64,000 nucleotides of DNA from Rhizodiscina lignyota. Lineage: Eukaryota. Every line of letters starts with the position of its first letter. Position 1 is the first letter of the stretch. The notes under the pieces were generated by a model. The model saw nothing but the letters and a program-made list of their open reading frames with translations, was not told the origin of the DNA and searched no databases. The stretch is taken from NCBI GenBank assembly GCA_010015805.1, contig ML978123.1, forward strand, positions 620,001 to 684,000, written 5' to 3'. The translations under genes were made by a program, and so were the position numbers. Below are positions 12,967 to 23,962 of the stretch, one piece after another.

Positions 12967-13717
12967 ATGTGTTTGATTGTTGCTTTGAGTGCTCAGATTG
13001 CAACAGGCCGTCACTTTAAATGCTAAATCAAAGCCACCAGTCCGTGAAATCCGCAGGTAACACTCGAATGATCTTGAGTAATGATTTAGGAAGCTTACAA
13101 GCTGAAAACAGCAGTGTGATCATGACTGTGAAGCTTATGCAATAACCTCTCCACATCATGCACGGCCATATGTAAACAACATTCCAACGCTTTCGATGGC
13201 AATAAAAATCACCTGGTCGAGTTTCCTGGACGGGAAGTTGCAAGGTTGTCCGCGTACAGTGAAGAGAGATGATGGTTGCATTGTCGAGTTTCTGATGTCA
13301 CAGAGTTTGCATTGGTCGGCGATAACTCTGAGCATGTAGTTGGAGCGGAGTGGAGTGGAGTTGGTACAAAAGCCACGAAGACCCCCATGCAACTTCTCAA
13401 TACGAATTAGCGCGATTCCTTTCAGTGGACCACTCCGACCATGTCTACTCAGTACTCGTAAGGTATCTTGAATTTCTAAATGATGTTGCACCAGCACTGC
13501 CTGTTCTCCATGAATGGAATAAGATAAATCATCAGATCGTAATCCGGACGCTACGTGGGCATATCGTCACCCAGAATGTGGTTGGGCCGTTCGTTCACCC
13601 ACCTGCACATTAGCTTTTCGCGTCCATAATTGTGCTAATGATCAGTTAGTGCCTGAGGTGGTACCATTGCTAATAAGCTTCAATTTATTAAGCTGAAGAC
13701 GTAGAAGCCTCTAAAAG

Positions 13718-15791
13718 TCAATTTCTTTTGCTCCTCTTAACCATGCCATCCAATGTACCCTGTCCAGCCCCTCTCTTCTGCCCTTTCGGTACCACACTCC
13801 CCTCAAACCTCCCTTCACCCTCGTTGTTTTCAATCATAGCACCCCGAGGGCCACCTTTCCCCTCCGTTGGCCCTTCCGCTTCATCAGGAAATAGTTCCCT
13901 CCAAGTCCCATCAAGGACCTTTGGATTATTCCCATACAGACCCATCTCATAAGCCTTCTTCATGCCCCGAATACAAATCTCCCTTCTCTCAGCAAAGTCA
14001 AACATGGGCTTCGGGTACAGCTTATACTCCCCTTCCTGCTCTTGACTCCCGTCGCCTTTGATCAGCATACCAGCCTTCTTCTGATCTGAAATAGGACACT
14101 TCGTGGGCTCGAAGATGTACTTGTCCGGCATGTTCGCCAGCTCCGGCACAAATCGCTTGATGAATCTCGCACCTTGCGCCTCGCCCCACTTCTTCCCAAA
14201 GGCATAAGGACTGTAGCATCTGTAGAACTGGCTGTAGAAAGCGGTGCAACTTAGCCACTGCCAATTGCCCACGTTGCACGCGACTTCGTGGTCGATCAGC
14301 CATTCCTCAAATACCTCAGCGCCGCGTTGCCAGTCAACGTAGCAGCCACCGCGTGTGAGGAAGCACGCTACCATGTGGCGGCCGAGGTGGTGGATCCAGC
14401 CTTCAGTCTTTAGCTGGCGCATCAGTGCGTCCACGAAGGGAAAGCCAGTCGTTCCGTTGCGCCAGCGTTGAAACCATTGTTCGGCTTCCGTGGAGTCGAC
14501 GTCGTAGGCAGGTTCTGGGGCGGGAGAAAGACGATCTGCCGATGCTGCATCTTTTGCGGAATCCTTGTTGACTGTAGAGACTTTCGCTGGGAGGTGCCAC
14601 GGAACGAATCTACAGTGTGAATTACCGATTGTTTGAGAAAACAAATGGCCGAGCGCTGCTTGGGCACCGAAGTACATGTCTCTGAATAGGAGCTGGCCTG
14701 TGAGGCTTGTTGGAGGCTGACTTGTCTTCTTGCCTTGTTTCTTGTATCGGTCTACTGTATCTTGTACACGCCAATAGAACTCGCGACAGCTTAGGCTGCC
14801 AAAATGGAGATGATGGCTCAGCACTGTCGTGTCAGGGGGTTCGAATGCGGTAGGTGCAGTCTTTGGCTTCTCAAACGTCGCGGTGTAATTGGTGTCCTTG
14901 ATTACTTTAGCCAGCGAGGCCAGCGCTACGGATTCTCCACCTTTATGCCTTGTCGTAGCAGGTAGCAATCCCACCTCATCCATAGTCGGTATAGCAAAGT
15001 CTCCTTTCGGTCCAACAAGCTTCGAGTAGGACTTGTCTGGATGCTTCCGCATCTCGAAGGACCAATCAGGACCGTCGTTAGGAGGGTCCTGATCCAAATT
15101 AAGCGTTATTTTGCCAGGATCAGGAATGGACTTTGGCCTGTCAATGGGTCTCGGTACATGGCCAATCTTCTCGCTTGCCTGTAATTTTCAATTAGACGTC
15201 AAGAAATTTCAGAAGGCTGTCATCTGGCCTACGCGTTCAACCTGAGTGATATTCATTGTAGGCTTCCCACCATTTGCTTTCACTAGCTCGTCGGGATCGA
15301 ACAATGTTCTTCCATAAACTGAGATAACCTCCACTCCCGAATTGTTTGCCAGTTCTTGCACTCTAGTATCCCTGTCCCTTGCATAGGCATCTGTATCCTT
15401 CTCAAAGACGAGGTGTGATATGTTCCATGCCTTGAACAACTTCGGCAATAATGTGATCGGTCCCTCTCTAATGAGCAGCAACTTCTGCTTCGGATTGATA
15501 CCCTTCAGCGACTCGGAGACGTCGTCGAGACACTCTAGCCTGCGACTCCATCATCAGCATCGCATTCCTGGATGGAATTGACGAAAAGTCTCACAGTATC
15601 TTCCACCTGTTCGGTCCACCCCTCGCTCTGTATACATAATGCGGATCCCAGCACCACACGGGATACAAGCATTCTGGCTTGAGGTCCAGCGCGGCTTTCA
15701 ACGCTGGAGAGTCGTGGAAGCGCAGGTCGGTTCGAAACCAATATATCACGCGTGGCTTGTCTCCAGAGCTCTTTTGCTTAGTTTTTGTCAT
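13718..15791 (-). CDS. (6-4) photolyase / animal-type cryptochrome family protein; introns 15540-15594 and 15179-15232
   Basis: VIYWFRTDLRFHDSPAL, GGESVAL, LSHHLHFGSLS, GTTGFPFVDALMRQL, GWIHHLGRH, FLTRG and NVGNWQWLS. The HHLxRH motif indicates the (6-4) class. Confidence 0.92.
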
Positions 15792-16007
15792 AGCTGCAAA
15801 CGTCGCAAAGGAGGGCAGGCTTTAGGACGGAACGGATGGAGATTGATGGAATCCTCGCAGGGTTTGATGGTAGTTGAAAGGCTAAGTGATGCCTCGGGCG
15901 AAGGAAGAAAGTGCGCATACGAGAAGGCAGAGCTGACAAGACATAATTTTTCAGGCAATTGAGCCTACTTCTTGTACCTGAAGCTCTAGAAAGTCATGAT
16001 GTAGATG

Positions 16008-16065
16008 GATCTGGCGGATCTGAACTTAAGCTACCCCTAGTCGCTAGCGCCGATCCACCAGATCG
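16008..16065. promoter_or_regulatory. Inverted repeat with four GATC cores; candidate White Collar light-response element
   Basis: GATCTGGCGGATC (16008-16020) and GATCCACCAGATC (16052-16064) are reverse complements at 12/13 positions, about 220-270 bp upstream of the photolyase ATG. Confidence 0.5.
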
Positions 16066-16512
16066 CTACTCCAATCGGAGCTTTCACATGCCGGCATAAT
16101 GGTTCTCCGCTATATTCACACAGAAAGTACGGAGCCGTACAGAAACTAAAATATGTAGGTAACTTTTACCTTTTCCAGCCTCCCATTAAACTTCATCAGC
16201 GTTTAGTTAAACAATGCCAGACACGGCCGAACATTCATCTGGGCGAGACATCCTGTCGCACGAACGTTACTTAAAACAGTGCATATGAGCGAAAAGTTCG
16301 TGAAATGGCTTCGAAAGCATATGAAATTGTAGATGTAGAGGGCCCAGTAGGTGAAGGGCTCTCTAGCAATTTATATACACCAAAAATGAGGGAACCGATT
16401 GAGCTACTAGTCAATAAGGACTCATACAAGAGGTCTGTATTTGAAAGGTGTGGATTGGATTGTTCTAGAGAGGGCTATCTAAGAGCTGCTACTTAGAGAG
16501 GTGTAAATCGCG

Positions 16513-17721
16513 TTACCAGAACGTCTCGATCTCGAACGGAATCGTGCTAAGCACTTGAGATGAATGATTTAGGTAGGCGTGACCGCTCGTGATAACCGTA
16601 CCAGACTTTCCATCGAAGCCCCAGAACTTGTTTAGTACGCTCGGATTGTACCAAGCCGCGTTAGGCCAGGACGTGTTTGAAACGACTCTGTAAGGTCCCC
16701 ATGGCTTTCGCGATGCATACCAGGTCCAGACAGTGGGATACAACGCCTGAGGGTATACGCCGTAGCCAGTGCGATTGGGGAAATACCATTCATTCAGGAT
16801 GTACTCCTCAAGATACGGATTGTAGATCGCCGCAGTAGAGCTTAGTTGATTCTGGCTGTAAAGCAGCGGCTTTGCATCAGAGAGATTCCGCGTCCACGAC
16901 ACCTCTGAAGGTGAGCCGTTAAAGAATTCCCAGTCCTTGCTGCTCAAATTTGCAATGCGCTCCCGTGGCACACGTCCCAATTGGATGCTGTCACCATTGT
17001 CCCATGAGCCATCGTTCGAGATAGCATAGGCGTACTTGTCTGAGCCATGTGGTCCTGCCTCGCCGTTGCGTCCATACTGAATGAAAGAAGGCGTGCCGAA
17101 TAATCTCCCGGGAAAAGTCGGGTTCGTGTAGCACTCTTCATCATCAGGTCCTTGGAAGGTGACACCATAATTCAACGACTTCAGGAGACAGCTGTTCTGG
17201 GCAGTCTGGCGGAGGCTGTTGTTTCCAGCGGCTGGCGCAAAATTGCGAGAAACCCACAAATATAACACGTCATCAAGCCATGAAAGACCGGTCGTCTTCC
17301 AACTGCCATCATCCCCATGCCCCATATCATCCCCGTGCAAGCCCCATTCTTTCTGAAGACAATTTACTGTGGCTGGCCGGAGATCCGCAACAGAAGGGCC
17401 CCTAGCTTTATTGATTATAATGTTGCTGCCATTTGGTGAGCAGGAGGCCTTGATGCCGGCAGAGTCGTCTATCGTGAACCACGTATCCCAATCCGGGCCC
17501 CAAGTGCTGTAGAATGTATCGCCGCCATCCTGTGCGTAACTCGTATTGGTGCCAAACGTGATCCACTTGATGCGAGGTCGGTCCTCAGCACAGGAACAGC
17601 TCTCTAACGGACCGTGGTAGCCTGTATCTATACCTACTTGGGAGTCATTTATTTGAGGGGGCGGATACTGTCCATAGGCGAATTGGATAAACAAGAATAG
17701 GAGATGCGTAGTGAACAGCAT
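16513..17721 (-). CDS. Secreted beta-propeller protein, DUF4185-like, bacterial-looking and intronless
   Basis: Signal peptide MLFTTHLLFLFIQFAYG; Asp-box-like KSLNYGVTF; GDTF..TW, PSFIQYG, YAYAIS, LGRVP...WEFF and S..PWGP blocks recall bacterial DUF4185 proteins. Confidence 0.6.
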   Translation of the reverse strand: MLFTTHLLFLFIQFAYGQYPPPQINDSQVGIDTGYHGPLESCSCAEDRPRIKWITFGTNTSYAQDGGDTFYSTWGPDWDTWFTIDDSAGIKASCSPNGSNIIINKARGPSVADLRPATVNCLQKEWGLHGDDMGHGDDGSWKTTGLSWLDDVLYLWVSRNFAPAAGNNSLRQTAQNSCLLKSLNYGVTFQGPDDEECYTNPTFPGRLFGTPSFIQYGRNGEAGPHGSDKYAYAISNDGSWDNGDSIQLGRVPRERIANLSSKDWEFFNGSPSEVSWTRNLSDAKPLLYSQNQLSSTAAIYNPYLEEYILNEWYFPNRTGYGVYPQALYPTVWTWYASRKPWGPYRVVSNTSWPNAAWYNPSVLNKFWGFDGKSGTVITSGHAYLNHSSQVLSTIPFEIETFW

Positions 17722-18146
17722 TGTGAGAGAGATGGCAAGACACGCAATAAAATGAAGACTACTTGCTGTGCATATATGTGCCGACTATGTGCAAAAGTTT
17801 CAGCCCAGTATGCAACCCCAAGCTCCGCACGTGGTCTTTATATCCCCGATCTCGGGCCTTCAGCGCATAGCCTAATCGAGCAGCTGTGATTCCAAGCGTG
17901 TAAGCCTCTTAGCGTGGTTCGTTAGCCAGCGGAGCAGATTGTAGATGCAAGTCTGTGTGCTGGGAAAACCATGAGTTTAGATGTTGGGCGAAGAAATTCA
18001 GTTAAGAAGGCGCCCGCGGTATGATTGATTGATTGACTACTGCTTGAGACTTGAGGCCGATGAGGCTGATGTCGACTCAAAGGAGGTTGAGTTAGGTCGG
18101 ACGCCGCTGACGCGAGACGCAGGGGACAGTTATTGAAAATTGAATG

Positions 18147-18160
18147 TTAGGGTTAGGGTT
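18147..18160 (+). repeat. Short interstitial telomere-like repeat (TTAGGG)2
   Basis: TTAGGGTTAGGGTT seen directly, upstream of the DUF4185-like gene. Confidence 0.6.
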
Positions 18161-18630
18161 TATGACTAATCTGTGTCAGGTCGAATCACGATGACTCAGG
18201 CTGCGCTCATACTAGCTCACTCCGACTTAGGTCGTGGTCGTGCTCAAGCTTGTTCAGTGTGGCTCAGTCTACGGCTCAAGCTGCTGACTTCACGCCACGT
18301 TACACTCCTATGTAACTCAGGTCTGGAAACAGAAGTAGCCATAGGTGAGATTACTTTTCATGTGAGAGTATTCCGCTATACGATCTAAAGGAGTATGTAT
18401 TCTTGAAGATCTGATTCCTGACATGTCCTAAATCTTGTGCTACAAATGGTATTCATGCTGCGCTCCACTTTAGTGCGTTCCGGAAGACAAGTCAATCTTT
18501 TCTGGACGCCATCCCAATCCGCGCCACATGCAAAAATACAATATCCTGATATGTCTAACATATCCTCTAATGCCCCCAAAAGCCAGACTCCAACGCCATG
18601 CCTAAATGTGCCAGAGCCTGAATGACAATC

Positions 18631-19850
18631 TCAGTCATCCCATTCCTCATCTAATTGATCAATCAACCGATTCTCCGCATCAGACTGACCATTCCGCCCT
18701 CTTCCATACCCGTTCACAGCGACACGGCTGTAACTTCTCCGGCTTGGGAAGAACCGAGAGCAAGATGATGTCAGAATAATAAGGCAGTCTTTCAACGCAC
18801 TGCCAATACCAGCCCAGAGGGCGTAGTTAGGTAGCTGCCGCCATCCACGCTGGTTCAGGACATGTCGTTGATAGACGCAGCCGCCCACAATGTACACCAG
18901 AACAGCTATGAGAGCACTGCAGATTTCAGTCAGCACCTCCGTCATGATCTTGGGTGCAGAGAGAATGCAACTTACATGACCCCAAATACACCTCCTGGGC
19001 TAAGGCTCTCATTCGCACTCTCCACCCCCGCACATGCCGCAAGTGTCCTGACCTCGAAGAAATACGTGCACTCGTCCATCGAGCCCACGAATGAGATGTG
19101 CGCCTTAGGCGCAAGAGGGTCCTTCTCGCAGTGCAGACTCAGAATCGAACTCTTCCTCCTTACACCGTCATGGCTCGTAGAACTATTATCCGGCCTTCTC
19201 CAATCGTCATCGTCATCGTCATCGACGTCGTCGTCATCATCCCAAAACGGTCTTGCTGGACTCTTTCCTGCCTTCTCTAGCTCCGCCGCTTCATGCGGTA
19301 ATAAATCCCTTCTCTTCGCTTCTCTCCGCGGCGCAGACCTCCGGTCCAGAAAGCTCGGCGAGCTGCCTGGACACGGACTGCCCTCTGTGTAATTAAGCAC
19401 CAACTTCCTGCCCCTAAACACCGGCTCGGTATTCAATGTGCCAATACTGTACGTGCGTCCACCCTTCTCATAGTATCCCGTAACATTCGTCCACAACCGC
19501 TCATCCACACCCTCGACATCGCGTAGCCCCTCGACTACCGGCGCACAGAAGTTCAGCGTGAAGTTAGCATTATAGTCGTACCCGCGCGCATGCCAACTCT
19601 TCGCCTCGTACGGCTCTGCGTCGTCCTTGTGCTTCTCGAGGTCCTTGTCTGTCGCCGGCCGCTTCGCGATCTGGTTGAGGTCGAAGAAGGCATTACTCGA
19701 AGGCGAGCGAACGGTGCAGGGTTCTAAAGGTTTGGATTTCTTGTCCGAAGCGGCTGAGGCAACGGAGGTGAGGCATAGGAGCAGGAGAAGCGTGGTGACG
19801 AGGAGGGAGTGTGGCGCTGCGACAGTGCGCGGAAAACGTGAGGGTATCAT
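18631..19850 (-). CDS. mrl1: Mannose-6-phosphate-receptor-like vacuolar sorting receptor (Mrl1 / MRH domain); intron 18917-18975
   Basis: Signal peptide; Cys-patterned MRH domain (PCTVRSP..FFDL, NFTLNFCAPV, LVLNYTEGSPC, CTYFFEVRT..AC); one TM helix; QRGWRQLPN and an acidic dileucine-like tail (RLIDQLDEEWDD). Confidence 0.8.
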
Positions 19851-20478
19851 TGTGATTGACCGGCAATCATTTGGAAAGAGTAGATAGAGAAAGATGGCTC
19901 AACGAGGGACAAGAAATGGTTACTGAAAGGTGGACGAAGGGCGACTCGTTAGCGCAGGTAATTGCCCTGCAGGAGGATCAGATAGAGTCCGAAAAAGGTT
20001 GCCGAGGTATCTCCGGCTAATCCGAATTAGGAAAGGGGATGAAATTGACGCGCACGCTTCACTTTTCGTCGGAGCAATTGGCCCACGTATTCGTCTCTTC
20101 TATGTCGCACGGCACAGCAAAGACTGAGAGAGAGAGATTATGTTACAGTTCTGCGCTCTCCTCTAGGCAGCAAGCATCTATTTCTGCCAGACGATCCGTA
20201 CATGTCATCTCACGTCAAAGGATTGAGCCAGGGGCTGGATGCTGCGCGTCTTACTCCGCTCTGGTGGAAGCATCACCACTATCTCAGACACAGGATTTTG
20301 TAGAAGTGAAATGTATCGAAGTCCTTAATTGTGCTGACTACCGCTCTAGTACGAGTACCCCGGAGGGACCAATCCATTGGGGACAGAATGCGGATCCACG
20401 TCGACAAGTGTCGATATATGAGAACCATACGTTTAGTCGTCCTTGGGCCGACCCTTTTTCAACCCATCGAAGGTCCAA

Positions 20479-22173
20479 TCATCGACCATACGCATTGATC
20501 TGCAGCAAGCGCTTTGCGCAGCGCTCGCATGCAAGAAACCCGCAGCTCGTGCACTCAACGGCAACCGAGTGCTCATTGTTCTTCTTCTTCCATGATTTAT
20601 GTCCGCCTATGAAGGAATTGTTCGGCCTCTCGGTGGGAGACTCGTTCTTCCCGCCCTTGATCTTTTGCTCCGCCAGGTCTCCGAGTCCACCATGATACTT
20701 CAAGGTTCCTACCGCGGCATCCTCAGTGGTAGTGGGTTCTTCACCCTCGAAACCTTCAGGGCCGTCACCTTTTCCGTACACCACCTTCCAACACCGATGG
20801 CATTGCATGTCTCGAATGAGTTTGTCATGGCAGTCGTCATTTTGAAGTTCCATGAGCCGCTTATTGAGCAGCTCGATGCCATCCGTCTCATCCACGACAC
20901 TCGTGGTGAATGGTGCCTCCACAATCGACCATTTGTGGCTGCAATTGAAGAAATTGTGCTTCTGCTCTTCCGGTTCTTCTCCAAAGTTCAGATTAGACGC
21001 TTCCCAGTATGCCTGAGAGTGACCATCCAGGTTCCGGGGGGTGTCGGAATATGATGGCCTTTTTTCCTCGCTTTCGTTCTTTTCCTCCACTTTCTCGGCT
21101 AACAGTGCCTCTCTACGTGCAATGCCCGTCTCCACGATGCTGAAGGATGGACCTTGTGGCCTTGTCGTCCGTCTACCCCATTGCGTTGCCGCGTAGACGT
21201 CAGCAAGCAAGCGTCTCGTCCGATGTGCCATTCCTCTGCGCCAAGACTGTATTTCGTTTGTTTCTTGTTCTGTGTCGCCCTCGTTCGTGTCTACTTGCGT
21301 GTGGTCATTGCTCGCGTCCTCTTCTATGGTGTCCTCGTTCGTATCTTGTTCCGCATCTTCTTCTTTCGTGTTTTCCTCTGGGTCGCCCTCATTGGTTGGT
21401 TCTTTGTGAGAGTCATCTACACTAGATCAATCCTCATCCTCGTCACAGTAGGTATGTGGGCTCTCACCTTCGATCTCAAGTTCCGCATCAGATTCACGTC
21501 CGAGGTCCGAATAATCATCCAGTTCACTTTCGCCGCGAGTATGCGTGCAGCCATCTCTCTCACATTGCGACAAGCTTTTAAGGCACCACCAACAAAAGTT
21601 TACGGCACACCAGCCACACTGCATGTGGCTGCATCCGAACATCCTCCTAACCGCATTCTTGCACCTGGGGCATTGCTTGTATCCCCACTGGTCTAGGCTT
21701 TGCAGTAGCGCTGCTGCTCCGTGGTCATCTCTCTCCGGGCACTTGTCTCCGCCGTGCTCTTCTCCGTGGCACTCTGTGCATGCCTTTGTGTTACACTTCT
21801 TACACGACACAACCCACAATAAGGCTTCTTCCACCTCATCGACTTGGGCGCCGCTGATCCACGCCGAGCACTCTCTCTTCGGGCAATAGAAACCCCCATC
21901 ATTCCTGAGCACTGACTCCTCGAACTTCTCCTTGAACGTCTTGACGACGTCCTCGTCTAGGCCCGGCACCACGACATGCAGTGGGATCAATCTGCAGCAG
22001 CTCGGTGGTAGGAATGGGCGATTCGCGATGGCAGACGTGAACATACTCGCGAGGCAGCCGCCACAGCATCTCATCCCACACCACATTGACGGACACGCCT
22101 GCAGGAGACGCGTCTCTGGGATATCATGGTTTTCCTTTTCCGTGCAGGCCGAGCATTGCCGTTGAAACGACAT
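20479..22173 (-). CDS. RBR-type (RING-IBR-RING) E3 ubiquitin ligase-like protein with acidic linker and C-terminal Cys-rich domain; putative intron 21417-21467
   Basis: PPSCC; IBR YCPKRECSAWI..CKKC...CTEC...H....C; RING2 KQCPRCKNAV...GCSHMQC..C...FCWWC. ORFs 21427-22263 and 20479-21231 share a frame, separated by one TGA. Confidence 0.8.
21253..21402 (-). repeat. Degenerate 27-bp coding minisatellite (9-aa acidic unit, about 5.5 copies)
   Basis: Translation EPTNEGDPE-ENTKEEDAE-QDTNEDTIE-EDASNDHTQ-VDTNEGDTE-QETNE. Confidence 0.7.
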
Positions 22174-23962
22174 TTTTGGTGTCAACCGTTGTTGTTTGTT
22201 GGTTGTTGTTGAAAAGAGGTGCAAGTTTATGTGTAGGAGGGAAAGGCGCAGCAGCCTTCTCATCCCTGCTCATCACCTGATAGCCACAGCCTTGAGTCAA
22301 CCAACACCGGTGACGGAGTGCGGAAGTCGACCCACAAAAGGTCAAATAAGGAAAAGCTATTTGTCCAACCACGGCCTGGAAGATCGTGGAAACACGAAAT
22401 AGTGGTTGAATGATGCGGTGTTGAAAGAAGCTTGGTTCCCCCAAGTTTGCCTATTTTGGCGAACCGCAGCGCTGATTGGTGCGGCTCTTCCCTCGCTAAC
22501 GTTGATTGGCTGGAGGGCGACAGAATGGTCGGCCGAAGCCGCTGGACAGTTATGAGTTATCCACTTCTGGAACTGATATATCATACAAGTTTTCAACGAT
22601 GCTGCCGGTATAATGTACATCTAAAGCTCAGCCTCCACGCGCAGACCAAAAGCCGAGAAAGCGGGCCCGGTCAAAGTAAATATAGATCTATCTGGGTACA
22701 CTACAAGTCCACCGCCTGCGAATAACCAAATAGAAACTCTACATCTACGTGCAGATTGGGAGCTCAGCGAATGCAGTGAGTTAGAGCAGTCGTTCACATA
22801 TAGTCTCGCTTGCCTCAAAGAGCAAGAATTGTCCGCCTTTAAGCGTTCAAGTACCCCATATCCGGTAGAAGCGCTACAGAAGCACTGATTCCCACAGTTG
22901 CCTGTGTTTCAATTCGCTGAAGTCAGGAGCATCAAACATTCGACCTCTCTACATGATTGAACATATATTCATTGAAAGAGAGGCGGCTATTGTTGCATAG
23001 TTGATGCCGCTCCGAGTATCAATATGACTATCATCGGAGGCCCCTGCACCGAAACAGCCACAGTGTCTAAAGGTCGAACATTACGACCTCAGCGTGACCA
23101 ACGCTAGTTCCAGGCGACGTGCAAAGCAGCCGTCAGACCTAAATTGGGAAGTAGACTTCCGTTCTCTCCATGGAGGAGAAGCATATCAGCGCATGACATA
23201 CTCCGGGTAGGTCTGTGAGTCCGAGCCCGTATCGGTGGTGCAATGTCGAATGCCTCCCGCCGAAGTTAGAAGTCCTGAGTTCCGCTTGCTACGCGGCGGC
23301 GGAGTATCGATTATATAGTGATATTCGACTTACGAGCGTAATGTCGATGGGGCATGGAGGACTAGTTCGATTAGAACAGAGGCCCTGTATGCTCAGAGCT
23401 TGAGGACGAGGCTAGTGTCCATTCGATTCCGATAGAAGTCTGGAAAACACACGCTCGAGGCATCGGCGAGCGTCGGTTCAATCAAGCCAGGAGCGTAGCA
23501 TCCGTGAAGTATACGAAGTGGGTACGTCTGCTCCGATTATTGCAGAAGACCCGAACGGTCTCACAGAACGCCGCCACGGACATCGATCAGGTTCGCAGTA
23601 CATCAAGGACTTGTCACTCAAACCGTTTCAAATTTCAATTGCCCCTTCTATTTACCTCCAAGCCGCCCCCGGCCCATCGCGCCCCCAAGAGCCTCCCAAA
23701 CACACCAAGCCTGGACGGGCAGCACCCGTCAACAGAGAAAAAGCGAACTATGTACAAAGAAGAGAAGTACTGCCCGGGACGGGCGACGAAAATGGAAAAT
23801 ACACATTAAAACTGGGGTGTCGTAGTCACATTGTGCCGCCCTCTGAGAAAGCGAGAAAAGTTTTTGAGCAAGAAAAAGGAAAGAAATTACAGACAAAGAC
23901 GCAGTCATTACGCCCCTCCCACCAAATCCCCCCAATATCTACGTCGAATTTCAACTACTTTC

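Noticed and set aside
430..13014. CoA-transferase, 2OG oxygenase, TF-like, GFA and SDR genes as a biosynthetic gene cluster
   Set aside because: No PKS, NRPS or terpene backbone gene and no transporter; the run is interrupted by housekeeping sec39.
18147..18160. Telomere-like repeats as a telomerase RNA template or chromosome-fusion scar (also 58593-58606)
   Set aside because: Only two units each, in intergenic gaps too short for the long telomerase RNA of filamentous fungi; a promoter motif or chance is more likely.
21427..21429. In-frame TGA as selenocysteine or TGA-CTA readthrough
   Set aside because: It lies in an acidic linker rather than a redox motif, the context is TGA-TCT, and Dikarya are not known to use Sec.
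22300..23950. Short ORFs between the RBR and membrane-sensor genes (e.g. 23518-23982)
   Set aside because: No recognisable domains; the last one overlaps the 3'UTR of the minus-strand gene.
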